In this document: one piece after another, positions 11,801 through 26,800 of the stretch
Position numbering within the stretch: the stretch's first letter is position 1
Layout of the letters: every line of letters starts with the position of its first letter
Source of the DNA: Botryllus schlosseri
Lineage: Eukaryota
Length of the DNA: 64,000 nucleotides
Assembly: GCA_051294905.1 (NCBI GenBank)
Contig: CM119371.1
Coordinates: forward strand, 34,968,001-35,032,000
Direction: 5' to 3'
The notes under the pieces: generated by a model
The model's database searches: none
Seen by the model: only the letters and a program-made list of their open reading frames with translations
Told to the model about the DNA's origin: nothing
Position numbers and translations under genes: made by a program

Positions 11801-14800
11801 TGATCCTGACCGCGGGAGACTCGGCCAAGACGCTGGCCGTGTCGGGGCTCTCGGTGGTGGGCCGTGACAAGTTTGGGGTGTTTCCGCTGCGTGGTAAATT
11901 GCTTAACGTGCGGGACGCGACCCACAAGCAGGTGGGTCCGATTTTTTTCGCCCCCTCCTTGATTTACGCTAGGCTATGTCTGGGAATGATTATATCGGAT
12001 GACAGAAGGCTAAGTGTTTTGTCGATGAATGTTCAAGTATTCATACTGTATGACCCAGATTATTTACTAGGGCTGGAATAAATAGAGCGTCCGATTTTAT
12101 GCGTGGTAACAACCACTTGAAAACTTTCACAAAATCTGCACGAAAATATTGCCTGTTACGAATATTGCGGTTTCCAAAATCATTGTTTCCCAGGGTTGTA
12201 GCCAAATCACAGAGCTCCGAGTCACAAGTCAATCCCACTTATATAGTTTTGACTCGAGTCAAGTCGAGTCATTTTCAATTCACCACCGAGTCAAGTCCGA
12301 GTCCAAGTCATCGAGCAGAGGTTCGAATGACTCGAGTCCGAGTCAAAGTCAATATACAATGTTCTTTCCAATTCTCTACTAGTGGCTGACGAGTGTCAGC
12401 CAAAAATATTCGGAACATACTATGCAATTGTATACGCAAGTCAAAATGTCCGTGTTACGGAATCTGTTCTGTATAATGGCACCGATTTCAGGTGGTTCAA
12501 ACCTCTCGTCTTTTATAAGTGAAGCCTTGGCGCACATCTTATGACGGTTATGTTCAAGTATTAGCGGAATTCAATTACGCACGCACGTCGCACATATGTC
12601 GCATGCCACATACCTAAAAAAATGTCATGCGTGGCATACCTTGCATACCCAGGTTCTGCGCCTATGACTGTGATACATATTCATTCAACATGGCTATGAA
12701 TATAGCGCTGTGTTATAATGTCGCGACGCGAGATGTTTCAATAAACATGCCTAGCCTTTGTCAATATAGAACTGATGTTTTTGTGTATTTAATATGGATT
12801 TTATATCTCTGTGCTTTCAATATGGTGTTGTCAGTCATAAAAGCTATTACCTCACGCTTTTTGCATCATACCCACTGCTTCAGTTCCTAATTCTACCTAA
12901 AACGGTCTAAAAATCAATGATTTGCTTACAACTTTTCTTCTGTATATTTCGAAGACCAAGCTGTGCGGAAGTAAGATAGAAACTTGTTGCTTCCGCATCT
13001 TTTAAGCCCGAAATCAGCTTTCTAGCGTTAGCGGTTATCGGTATAGAGCGAAATTAGATGTTTTTGGCTCGTTCGGTGAAATTGCACGACCACTAGAGGG
13101 TGCATGAACCAAAAAATATAAATTTTTTGATATTTGGCAGCAAAATTTTCCATTTTTCATTCCACCCTGTCATGCAATGTATGTCTCCTGTACCGTCGTA
13201 AAGCAAATGTAAGTTTCCGAGCATTGATTGTGAAAAAAGTGTAAAAACGATGATAATTCCTGTCTAGTAAAATATTTCTTCACAGTTTTTGGCAAGACTC
13301 TTGGACGTACAGAGCTTCATTATATGCTTGAATAATATATTCATATTGAAATAAGACCCAAATGTTTTCGTATTTGTCAGCGTCTCGTATTTGTCAGATC
13401 GTGGAGAACGGCGAGATTAACAACATCATCAAGATCATGGGACTGCAGTACAACAAGAAGTACGCCGACGAGACGGACGTTAAGAGCCTGCGTTACGGGA
13501 GACTGATGATTATGACAGATCAGGTAATGGCCTTGATTCAAACCTTGCTTTGAGAACATTACCTGTAATGATTAGACTTCGGTGCAGTATACCTTATGTA
13601 GGTACATGACTGTTAAACTGTATTCATACTGTCTGAACGGGGGCTGTCTCTGACCGCGGTGACATAGTTGTTTGCGTGCGGAACAATATGTTATCGTCTA
13701 TGTGTTTGGGTTTCAGGATCACGACGGATCTCACATCAAAGGCCTGCTGATCAACTTCTTGCACGCAAACTGGCCGAAACTGCTGCATCAAAGGTAGGCG
13801 TGCCGATTTTGTTACCAAGTCGCAAGGTTCCGAGTCGCGAGTCGATCTTACTTGTATAGTTTTGACTCGAGTCAAGTCGAGTCATTTCATTTGGATACAC
13901 CACCGAGTCAAGTCCGAGTCCAAGTCAGCTAGTAGAGCAGGGCTTCTCAGTTAGCATCCCAGTTGTATTTTGTGATATGACGATAAGGGGGGCGCGAAAT
14001 TTTTCACTATCAAAAAGGGGGGCGTGTCTACAAAAAGGTTGAGAACCACTGTAGTATAGGGTCGAGTCCAAATAGTTTCTGGCCCTATTTACCAAGTATC
14101 AGTGCCGATAGACGAAATACCAATATTGCGGTGACTTAACTATTCTTCGGAGTTACGATGAAATGTCGGCCTTGAATTGCTGAATTCATAACAACTGGGT
14201 AATTGACTCCAATTCGCGTGCTGCTCTATGCTTGGTCCCTGCTTTCTGCCCTGCCGGTGAATACAAAACTGCCGGCAGGTTTCATAAACAGGGGATATTG
14301 AACCGCAGTATGCATGTGCAAAATTTCCATCGGTATGGAAGGCGTTGCATTTAGCTTACTACATTTAAATTCGAAAAATTCTTGATGAAGGAGCAGTCCT
14401 CTAAAAGTTTGTGTAAATTTTGCTTTTCGAGTGGACGTTGAATAAGGTGTGAAAGCAACCAAGATGCTGTCGGCACCCTGTTCCAAATATGATAGAGTCT
14501 GAAATTGCCGTTGAATATGTGTGCAAAACGTTGTAACAGCAGCCGTTATCCGCGGAAACGCACGGTATTTGAACTGCAGCTAAGAGATACCAAATACGAT
14601 GTACGATGGATTGGTCAAAATAAGTTAGGTTCATATCAAATCACAGTTATGAAAACGGTAAAATGTCTGTTGATTAAGGGTTGTAATGACTCGAGTTGCG
14701 ATTTTCTGATTGTAATTTCGAATAGTTAAGTAACCACACTATTGGTATTTCGTTCATTGGTACTGGTACTTGAAAACGCGACCAGAAACTGTTGAAAATG

Positions 14801-17800
14801 AAAAAAATTTGTATGTTTTAAATGCGAGCCATTCGATATCACCAAACGGTGATAAGACTTCAACTCGGAAACTGAGCAGTAGGGCTGTTCAAAAAAACCT
14901 TTCTCCAGATTTCACTGGCTACTTGATAAGATTGTTAGGTTGGGCAAAAAAACGCTGCACGCCAACTTTGGCTCCATTCCAACCAGTAGAAAGTTTTAAA
15001 TTAATGATTGGAAAATGAAAAAACAAAATTTCAAAATTTTTCTGTCAACCCCATAAAATTGTTAGGCTGTCAGTAGAGACAATGCACACCAAATTTGGTT
15101 CAATTCCAACCACTAGAAGCAAAGTTATTGCAGAAAAATTGTGATTTGAATAAAATAGTATTTACGGTGACCAACTCTTCAATTATTTATTATGAAATAG
15201 TGGAATTGGAAATTTTTCTACTGCTATAACTTCCCTTCTAGTGGTTGGAATTGAGCCAAATTTGGTGTGCATCATCTCTACTGACAGCCTAACAATTTTA
15301 TGGGGTCGACAATAAAAATGTGAAATTTACATGTTCTATTTTTCAATGATAAATTCAAAACTTTCTACTACAAAAACCTCGCTTCTACTGGTCGGAATTG
15401 AGCCAAAGTCGGTGTGCAGCGTTTTTTTCACCAACATAACAATTTATCAAGCAGCCAGTGAAATCTCAAGGAAAAGTTTTTTTGAACAGCCCTACTTAGC
15501 AGTCAACGCGATGGCTTGGACTCGGACCTGACTCGAGTCAAAACTATAAACGTGAGCTTGACTTGTGACTAGGAGCTTTATTAGAATGAGTTATGTTTTT
15601 GGCTTGTAATCGCTTTGTAATAGTTATTTAATAGTATATTCGTGTTGAAATCTAGCCAAATATTTTCGGTTGACGCTCGTCAGGGGTAATCGTCAGCAGC
15701 TAGTAGAGAATTGGAAATAGCATTTTATGTCGACAATCGCATTACCTAAAATAACCCTGAACGCGTAATTACGTTTCGTCCAGGGTGGTGGAAGAGTTTA
15801 TCACGCCCATCGTCAAGGTGTCCAAGGGCAGCCAGGTCCTGTCCTTCTATTCCATCCCGGAGTTCGAAGGCTGGGAGAATTCCACGGCAAACTCGAAATC
15901 CTGGAAAGTGAAGTACTACAAAGGTTCGAATTTTCACTTGGATTTGAATCTAGGATCTGAAACAAGACTTTATTTTCAAAATATCACAAATGCCGGTACT
16001 TATTTTGGCGCTTATTCCACTCTGGTAAGACGTAGAAAGAAAGTTGTCGTATTAAATTTGTGTGATTGTTGAGTTTAATTTAAAAATCCCATTTTTGTAT
16101 CAACCATACTGCTTCAAAGTACAATTTGCAATCATTTTTCTAGTGTAAACGGAATACTTCATGGATTTTCAAGTCCGCCCCTCCGTAATTTTGTTTCATT
16201 CGTAACTTTTTTTCATCGAGTTTAGAGCGAAAAAGTCGATTTTTTCAAATTCCTGGGCCCCAGAATTTTATAATTGGACATTTTAATTGGTTCTCTACCA
16301 TCGTTGAAGCGAAAAATATCGATTTTAAAGAATTTTGCATGCAGTGCCAGCTAGTGGCAGGATAATTTTGGATGGCGTTATCTTTTGAACCGCTAAAATT
16401 TTTGAATGTGCTCGGAATTTGAAAAAAAGAACAACCTTTGTAAATAACTGACAATTCTGAGGGTATGCATTACGAATGTCGGAAAATTTGCTAAGGTATA
16501 ACGGAATGAGTCTGCCGTGGAAACGCTCTCTGGGACTGAAACCGATTCCCGCTCTTTGACAGGTTTGGGCACGTCTACCGCGAAAGAGGCGAAAGAATAT
16601 TTCGCAGACATGGAGCGCCACAGGATCCAGTTTGAATACGGCGGTCCCGCCGACGACGGACATATCGATTTGGTGGGTGTTTTGCGTACATTTTCAAGAC
16701 AAAGTTCTATGGAAGTGAGATAGAAACATTGTTGCTTCCGCAGATTTTAAACCCATAACTGGCTTTCTAGTGCAGTGGTTCCCAAACGGTGGGGAATTCC
16801 CCACTGGTGGGGAATTCAATGGTTTCTGGTGGGGAATAGACGCATTTCTTCAAAATTGTATACAGGACAGTCGACATATTCACGGGCGCAATTACCGCTA
16901 CCAGTTAACTGCTCTTGAATGTATGTATCGGAAATTATATTGCGTGTTGTTCACAAAACCTCATTTTTGACTCTGGATGGCCAATGATGGCGTCACAAAC
17001 GCATCCAGCACGGCTAATTTGACGTGAAATAACGCTTTCGCGAAATTATGAGCGTTATTGGTATCGGTTCACGATTCGTTTTATGTTGCAGTAATAGGCG
17101 ATTTTCTTGCGTACTGGTGTGGTTGTGTGTCTTGTGTAGTCAAACCAGCAAACAGCTGCTCTGTGATGACAAAAGTGCTGGGTAGTGAGGAACAGGACCG
17201 TAACTGCCGCACCCAAGACCCCCCAATTGGGGAGGGGGCGAGCTCGAAGGGGCCCAAAATTATTTCATGAATTAACATAATTAAAGTATTCTTTTAGATT
17301 TATGCCACTTTTTCGAAAAATTTTCGCGCTGCGTGCGCGATTTAATATTGCCGAATATCTGATTATTGGCCACCCTTCCCCCACGAAACTACGTAGTAAG
17401 GCGACGCACTAAACAGTAGACCCAATGCAGCTGATAAGTTGCAGGGAAAAGCGTACAGGCTCAGCGGGGGTTCTGGGGGCCCAGGAACAACGTTTTTGGG
17501 CGGGGCTGACAAAGAGCGGTTACGGTCCTGGTGGGGAATGAAGGCTCGGAATAAATCTGAAGTGAGGTATGAAGACAAAAAGGTTGGGAATCACTGTTCT
17601 AGCGTGAGCGGTTGCCAAGATACTACAAAATTAGCTATTTTGGGCTCGTTCGGTGAAATTGCTCGGTCACTGGAGGGCGTAAGAAGCTGAAATCATGATA
17701 GAAGCTGTTCATTTTAGATTTGGGACCAAATATCAAGTGTCCTTTTTGAAATTCCAATTTTTTTAATCACTCCACCCAAGTGCAGAGAACTGGACGTTGC

Positions 17801-20800
17801 CTAGGGGGTTGTTCGAAAATTAACTTTTTTTCAGGGAATCCGCGGATTCATCGATTGAATTGTTAGATGTCTAAAAAACGATGCACACCAAATTTGTCCC
17901 GATTTCAACCGGTAGGAACCGACACAATTAAAATTTGTGAATTAAAATATTGCTCTCGACCCTGTAAAAGTGCGAGTTGTCTACGAAAACGATGCAAAAC
18001 AAATTTGACGCAATTCCAACCCGTAGAAGCGAAGTTATTTTTGGTTATTCATTGATAATTCTAGGATTTCCCAAAGCAGAGTTGTAGCCAAGTCACGAGG
18101 CTTCGAGTCACAATTCGATCTCACTTAAAGTTTTGACTCAAGTTGAGTCCGAGTCCAAGTCAGCGAACAGAGGGTCGAGTCCGAGTCGTAGTATTATGAC
18201 TCGAGTCCAAGTCATTGTGTAATGTAATGTAAAGTATGGAACCATTTTTTCGTAATTATATTATGCTAGAGAGCAGGGTTGTAACCAAGTCACTAGGCTC
18301 CGAGTCACAATTCAATCTCTCTTTTATAGCTTTGACTCGAGTCAAGTCGAGTCATTTTCAATTCACCACCAAGTCAAGTCCGAGTCCAAGTCGGCGAGCA
18401 GAGGGTCGAGTCCAAGTCATGGTATTATGACTCGAGTCCAAGTCATTGTGTTGACTGCTCAGTTTCCAGCTGAAGTCTCGCCAAACCCACTTTTTATAAC
18501 TCTGTTTGGTGATATCGAAGGGTTCAGAGTTATAATATACAAATTTTCCTCACTTTTAGCAGTTTCTGGTCGCATTTTCCAGTACCAGTATCAATAGACG
18601 AAATCCCAATAGTGTGGTTACTTTGCTATTCTTGGCAATTACAATGAAATGTCGGTCTTGGCCGTCTGAGTCTCGAGCCATATGGCTTGGTTCGAGTCAT
18701 GCGCAATGACTCGAGTCCAAGTTAAACCGATACACAGATTGACTCGATTCGATTGACCCTGTCCCACAGTCATAGCTATTCTGGCGAATCCAAAACTTTC
18801 AACTGCAATAACTTTGCTTTTACCGGTTGCATTATTTTTTTCGTGCTGTTCAAAAACTAATAAAGTAACTTGAAATCTTGCCCAGGCCTTCAATAGGAAA
18901 CGCGCAGACGACCGCAGGGAGTGGCTGTCCAACTTTATGGCTTCCAGGCGGCAGCGGAGGGAGGACGGGCGTCCCGACGACGCGCTGTACAACGCCGACG
19001 TGAAGTCGCTGACCTACACGGAGTTTGTCAACAGGGAACTGATTCTCTACTCTTGCGCCGACGTGGACAGGTCCGTGCCCTCGTTGCTCGACGGTGAGAC
19101 TTTGCTGGAGTAGGTTTTCTTTGCTTTTCGTATTTCTGAGCACGCTAGTGCGAGAGTAGAAATTTACAGAACTAGAAAAGGGGGAGAGGCATAAAACAAC
19201 GCAATATGCTTTCTTTTGTCATATCCAAGCATTTGCAGGGATAGTAAACCAGTTTTATGACTCATATGCCGTCTGAATTTGGTCTTGAACTTGACCTAGA
19301 TATTGAATATCACTGAAGCGTAACCAAAATTAACAAACCCCCCTCAGAAAACTCTCCAGAACACGTTTTGATGTTTGAAACGGTGAAAATTTACACAGAA
19401 TACCGTGCCTGTCGACTTCTGATGTTCTGGCAGATTTTCCGACAATATTTCCCACTCGGAAAATATCTGGAAATTTTAGGTGATAAGTTGATAACCATTT
19501 TTTCATTTTATTTTTCTTATTATTATTTTTGCAAACCAAAATTTTTGAGTAAGGTGCTAAATACATCGGAAAAGTCTCAGCTTTTCATAAAACGTAGTCC
19601 CCGATGTCTAGGGCATGTCAACATGGAGAAGTCGGTGTCGGAGACATGCCATATCATATATGATACACCCACCTCGTAAGGGTTAAGGTATTTAAAACAT
19701 GGATTTTAAATCAGTGCTGATATGTGTTTAACGATTTGCTATCGGCCAGGCTGCTGACCAAAATTTCACTGCATCCATAAAAAAGACCGAAAAATGTCAT
19801 CGATAGGGCTTGAATCGACGCCCAATATTTTGCCGTAAGCCTGAAGTAGCCGTCTAGCGGATTGAGATACTCTCACTGCTCAGACGCGAGAGGGAACTGC
19901 GTTACGCGATTTTTTGAGATTAAAATATAATTTTATTTTTTTAATTCTTCTGACGTCACACGTAGGCCTTCTATCGGTATATGACCGCCTGATTGTCTTC
20001 CGCATGAATCTCTGCGTTCCAACGAGACATTACACGCTACTAGAAAGACAGAGAGGACAAGCATGACTCACGCCAATGAGTAATCGATTACATAGTCGCA
20101 TATTCTCGCTAAAGGCTAAGCGCGTCCAATTCTACATAACATAGGAGGCACACTGTCTTAGCGACGTTACCTATGTTATATATCTACATGCTATTGAAGT
20201 GTTATCAACCTCTTGCTTATTATGTGTAACGATAACTGTAATTGGTTATATGTCTTTTAGAACGGAAGGTACAATGGTTTACATTTCAAGTGAACATAGT
20301 TACAAATTCAATTTTTGCGTGTTCAATCTGCATTTCAAGCAGGATATACATTGATATAATAGGTTATACATGATCTGATGTATGCGTATTCATAAGAGCC
20401 ATCCATATAAAACGATTGTAACAGTTTATGACCAATACAGGTCTAGCTATCTTTGATTAAATAACGACTCCTCTGTTGAACAGTCGCGGTCTAGTATACT
20501 AGACAGCCGGTCGCAAAAGGTTAATGACTCATTACTAATTGAACGCAGCGAATTGCATTGTTAATTCATGCTGCTCGGTGGGTGTGTTGATATCAGGTAA
20601 TGAGAAAGTGAAGCTTTCGTTCTCCGAATTATGTGGACAAAATTGACTTAGTCAGACCTCAATTGTTGCGGTATAGTTTGCTACGTTGACTTTATTTTGA
20701 ATCTGGATTGCGCATGCGAATTGCGAAAGACACTTCGAAGGTAAACGCATTTACGGTTCAGGTTCGACAGCCTGTAATAATGGTCTTGGTCCATACATTA

Positions 20801-23800
20801 ACATTGTAAAGTAGATTTTTTTTCGAATTCTGAGCAACTTTTAGCGGGCCGCCACCCTCTCTACGCAGCTACTGCTACGGGCGGCGATGCGATAAATGGT
20901 ACTCGAATGAAACTTGATACACTCGGTCAAAAAAGAGACTGTTATTTTGTGGTTCCGTCGGTAGTATTCTGGGATGATTACATCTTGCAAAAGTCTGACG
21001 CTGCGTCTGCAGTGTTTGAAAGGCAATACTGAAAATATGACCAGAATCGTAGTAGCACCAATACAGTTCCCGTATGTAGAGCGATTGAAAGGCGCACCTC
21101 TACTCGTCCTGGCTTAACGTCTTCTGACAATGTTGTGCTTCCTCCAGGACTGAAACCGAGCCAGAGGAAAGTGCTGTTTACCTGCCTGAAGAGGAACGAT
21201 AAACGCGAAGTCAAGGTGGCGGAGCTCGCGGGCTCGGTGGCCGAATTGTCCGCGTACCATCACGGAGAGGTAATGATTACACGTAATAGGAACCCTGTGG
21301 AATAATCTTCATTATACTGGAATAGTATCTTCATGTTGAAATGAACCCGGGTATTTTTTGCTGACACTCGTCAGGGGTCATCGTCGGCAACTGGTAGAGA
21401 ATTAAAAGGGCATTGCTCATCAACAATCGTATCACAATGAGCACATCAGCAGACCGCGTCCTAGCGTTTCCGTGCGGCGACGTGGGGGAAGAATAACCAA
21501 TGTGCGATATTACTGACTCGAACCCATTCGCAGAATGTCTCAGACACAGTCGAGATTCTTCTATTGCCCGGGTTTCGTACATGAATTGTATATGAAGCAT
21601 TAGGCTGTTTATCTATGATTGTGATTCTGATCTAATTCGGAATTTTCATCAAATTTAGAAAATCTGTATAGCCATAATTCTAATTAAATTTAAAAAAGAA
21701 AGTAGCCATAGTTCTAATTTGGATATATTCGGAGAAAATATTTGTGGCTGTAACTCTAAGTGTAAACTGATTTGGAAAACTGTAGTTATAATTCTAATTT
21801 CAATCTAATTTGGAAAAACTGTGTAGCTGTAATTATGATTCTAATCTAATTTGGATAATTGTGTTGCTATGGTGCTGATTCTGTTGTTATTTAGAAAAAA
21901 ATCTATGTAACTCTAACCCATAAATATAAACTAATTGGATAACAAACCTGTTGCTATAATTCTAATTCCTAAATAATTTGAATAAAAAGTGTGGCTGTAA
22001 TTCTAATTCTAATCTAGTTTGAAAAGATGCAGCTATCATTATAATTTTAATGTAATTTGAAAAAAAAGTATGTAGCTGTAATAATTGATTGTCAACTAAT
22101 TTGGAAAAAATGTGTAGCTATCATTCTAATTTTAATGTAATTTGGAAAAAAATACGTACACGGCAGCTCCTTTTATAGTTTCTATCGTATTGTCGCAGGC
22201 CTCGCTAATGACGACCATCGTCAACATGGCCCAGAACCACGTGGGGTCCAACAACGTCAACCTGCTGCAGCCGATCGGGCAGTTCGGGACCAGGCTGCAC
22301 GGGGGCAAGGACGCGGCCTCGCCCCGTTACATCTTCACGATGCTCAGGTCCGCGAACGCGATCTCGCGATTTTTCTTAGGTTGTCATCCACATAGTGATT
22401 AGTTTTACGATAATTTAGAAAAAGTCTGATTGCTAAAAAAATTCCAATTGTCTTATCTCAAAAGGAGCATTTAAAACAAATTCTGATTATTTCTGAAAAA
22501 AATCCAATTGTCCAATTAAGTTGTCAATTTTTCCAGTATTGCTGTTATTTTTATAGATTCAGATCATATTTTATTTGTTATTTTTCTGATTGCTGAGTGT
22601 CGTTTGAAGAGACGTCGATTTCTCCGATTCTTTTTTTAATATTTATTTCTCTGTTTGTTTTACCGATTATTTTTATCGGTTTGTATATTTTAATATCCAG
22701 CCCGCTGACTCGGTTGCTGTTTCCTGCGCTCGACGACAACGTGCTCACCTGGTGCTACGAAGATAACCAAAGAGTGGAGCCGGAATGGTGAGTGTTTTCA
22801 GTGTCGGGGACTGTTTATTGTCGTGCGAGGCGTCTTCAACGCCCGCATTTCAATCCAAGCGTCCGAATCGCATACTTTTTGGTGCAATTTTGCATTCCGG
22901 GATGATTAGAATGTATGCAGACTCCTAGTGGTGACGTAAATATCGGGTAATATGACCGGAGTGCATTTCTACACGGTGCAGTTTACGGAAGGTTTATATA
23001 CTCGAAAACCAATTAAATTTTACTCACCCTCAACAGTTTCTGTCCCCGTTTCCCGAGTATCAGGACTGATAGACGAAATACCGGTGATGCGGTGACTCGG
23101 GTCGTTACAGCTCTGACTGACAGCGACGTACGTGTCTGAACCCGTTTCGATTTTGCGACCTCGCAGGTACTGTCCGATCATTCCCATGATCTTGGTCAAC
23201 GGCGCTCTAGGCATCGGGACGGGCTGGTCCTCTTTTGTGCCCAACCACGACGTCCGGGACGTTGTCGATAACATCCGCAGGCTGCTGGACGGCGACGACC
23301 CCAAACCCATGGTGAGTACTGCCGTCAATATGGGCCGGGGGCCAGGGCTACCCCTCGAGTTGTGAAATCAGTCGTACACATAACTTTTACACCGGGGAAG
23401 CAATCTTCTGAAATTAGGACACATATCTTTTTTTGACTTTACAATTAGATTTTATGATTTTTTCTGGCAACATTTTTCGGCAAAATTTTTTCTCGGTGGT
23501 CCTCGTAGATTCCAGACGAAACTATTTTTTTTACCCGAACAATGGTTATTCTCGAAAAAAAATTTGAAAAATGAAGAATTAAGGATATTTTCAATCGTGG
23601 AAAGTTGTGAACTTGATTGGCTGACTTAGGCTGTTCAAAAAAACACTTATTAGGCTCCCAGTAGAGATTATGCACACCAAATTTGGCTCAATTCCAACCA
23701 CCAAAAGCGATGTTATTGCGGTAGAAAAATTTGGATTTGAATAAAATAGTATTTACGGTGATTAGCTCTTTAATTATTTAGTATAAAATCATAGAATTAG

Positions 23801-26800
23801 AAGTTTGTCTACTGCAATAGCTTTGCTTCTAGTGGTTGGAATTGGGCCGAATTTGGTATACATCATCTTGGCGTGAAATATCAACATAGCACCTATACTC
23901 TTGCCTCATGGCCTTATCTTACCCAAAACATAGCTAAAAACTTGATAATTTCAATGTTCATCGGCACCAGTTTAGTATCTTTTATTACTGGTAAAATGTT
24001 TAACGTTTTTCTCTATTGAAAAATCTCGTTGAACAGCTTCATGGTACATCCAAAATTGTATGACACATCTGCCGTATAGTATTCACTCAGTGTTTTATGA
24101 CAAGCTAATATCGAGACCTATGTTATGCTAAGAGCCGTTTGGCCTGGGTCTGCCTTGCTCTGAATTACGAAGCTTCACGGCAAACTTTTTAAAAACATGA
24201 CCTTCAATTTTGAGATTTCAAAATGTAATTTCTCCGAGAGGGGTCGCACAAATTCCTTCAAATTTTAGCATAACACGGCACCGTCCTGGTATTTCCTAAA
24301 GACGGCGTTAGATCGAAAAAGGCCCTCACAATTTTAGGATTTTGCGTTCCCCGCGTCGGTGCATTTTTCTCCTTCAAATCCACAATCTGCAGGGTGGAAC
24401 AAATTTGAAAATGTTTATGATGAATTTGAAATTTACCAGTTGAAATCTAGCCGTGTATGGTTTGGTTGATTCATCGACCTAACAATTTAACAAGTAAGTT
24501 TGTAGCTCGGTCCAGATTCGATGTGATAATATACCCGAAACCCCGGCTTTCGTTTCAGAACATCAGCTACAAGAATTTTCGAGGGCAAATCGAGGAGGTC
24601 GAGCCGAACAGGCACGCCACGTTTGGGGAGGTCAGCGTTTTGGACGAAGAACACGTGGAGATCACGGAACTGCCCGTAAAGACTTGGACCCAGGTACGGA
24701 CTAGGAACCGGGTTTGTAATTCTCGACTTAATTTGAATTCTGTAAAATTAATGGTGAATTACCTAACGATTGTTTATCAGCATTGGATGTTGAAAAATGT
24801 TGTAAATTCAAGAATTTATATCGGGTGCAAATCCAGTCAAATTTGTAATTCTGTTATTTTTTTAGCACTGATTTTTCAACGTGTCCGAATCCAAAACTGA
24901 ATCAGACAACGTGTAAAAAATTTTTGCAAAAATTCAAGTTCATTCGGGAACCCAATTTTTCTTAGTTGCATGAGCTGAATTGTTCAATTAAACCCTTGTT
25001 TTGGTAGAATTATAAGGAATCGGTTTTGGAGCCGATGTCTCTGGGAACGGAGAAGACTCCGCCGCAGATTCTCGAGTACAAGGAGTACAACACGGATGTC
25101 ACTGTGAGGTAACTATGGCCGCATTTATGAATTTTACATGTTGCGTCCAGCCCATTCTTTTCCAGCTACAATCTCTTTGAGTTATTCCGGAATAGCGGTT
25201 ATTGTCTATCGCCGAGAAACTTGATTTTTGCAAACGATTTTTTTCCCGAAACCACAACAAAGCATCTTTAAGCAATCAACAGCAATGTGTGTTTGTATCG
25301 GTAGGCTATTGGCAATTTGGCAATCGAAATTAGATTGCGAAGTAGAATATTTCATCTCTGACGGTTATTCGTTTTATGCGAGTCCCGAACTTTAAACAGT
25401 TACGAAGAAATTGCCTTGTGAATTTCCAAATTTTGCGACATTTTTGGTTTCGCAGACCCACGGAAAACGCTTCTCGAACCAACGAATTATCTGAAAAGTG
25501 TCGTTTTTGGTATCAGCCGAAAACGTGGGCTTGTAAATGCGAATGATACTAATAACTATTGAAAATGAGACGTATCTTAACTGTTACTGTGAGTAATACG
25601 ATCTTTTGGAATACATATTCATCAGGGTTGTTAAAAAATGATTTCTTCTCCTATTTTACTGGCTACTCGATAAAATTCTTAAGTTACCTAATTGAAGCCT
25701 GCACATCAAATTTGGTTCAATACCAGCCAGTGGAGTTATTGTCGTCTAAAATTCGAATTTGAACAAAATAGTATCTACGGTGGGCGCTTATAATAAGTAA
25801 TTTAAGAATTGGCCACCGTAAATACTATTTTATTCAAATCCAAATATTTCGACGGCAATAACTCCGCTTCCGCTGGCTGGAATTGCACCAAATTTGGTGT
25901 GCAGACTTTGATTAGGTAACCTAACAATTTTATCTAGTAGCCAGTAGCATTTGAGATAAAAAGTCATTTTTGGACACCCCTAATATTCGGTTATCGTTAT
26001 GCGAGGGCTATTTCGTAAGGTTCTTGTGACACTTTCACTTGTAAAAGGGATGCAAACTTATCCCATAACTACTTGGTATTTTAAAAAGTGTAATTTCCTA
26101 AAAAACTAGTAGTTTAGTCTAAAAACTGTTCTGTGTGGAAGTTCAAGCGTACTAAAGATATGACCGCTTGAGCGGTTATGTTCAACTAGGATTATGAAAA
26201 TATCATATATCGAATTATTTCAGAATCAGAATTACAGCTATGAAGTTTTCAGAATTAGTGAAGAATAATGGCTACACTTTCTTTTTCCTAATTAGATTAG
26301 AGTTGGAATCGCTGAATTTGCGAAAACTTTGACGTCGAGTCGAGTTCCATTGTGGGGCTAGGCTACCGTGCTCTGAAAATTGAAAAAAATTCAAGTTTTG
26401 TAGTAGATATTTGTTTTATTAGGTGTCACCTTTCAACTACTCAAGTCTTGAGAGTAATGCAATTTTTTTAGCTAAAATCGGCAGATTTTGACCTAAAAAA
26501 GCAAATTAGATGTTTTCCCCACATAACGCAAGAATTGTACTACTTATCTTCAATTCCGGTTGGAAATGTCTGTCCTTGCGAAGCAGTATGTCCTGAAAAT
26601 CCTCTTTTTGTCTTGAAACTGATAGATTTCTATGTGAAAAATACTTCGTTTTTATGAAATCTGGATGTATGAAGAATTTCAGTAGTTGCATCACGTATTA
26701 CGGTAGAAATAGTCGAAACTTGTTGTAGTAATACGAAAGATACTTTCCTACATCATCCCGCCCCTCATAAGGATTGAATTCACCAAAGTGTCACAAATTG

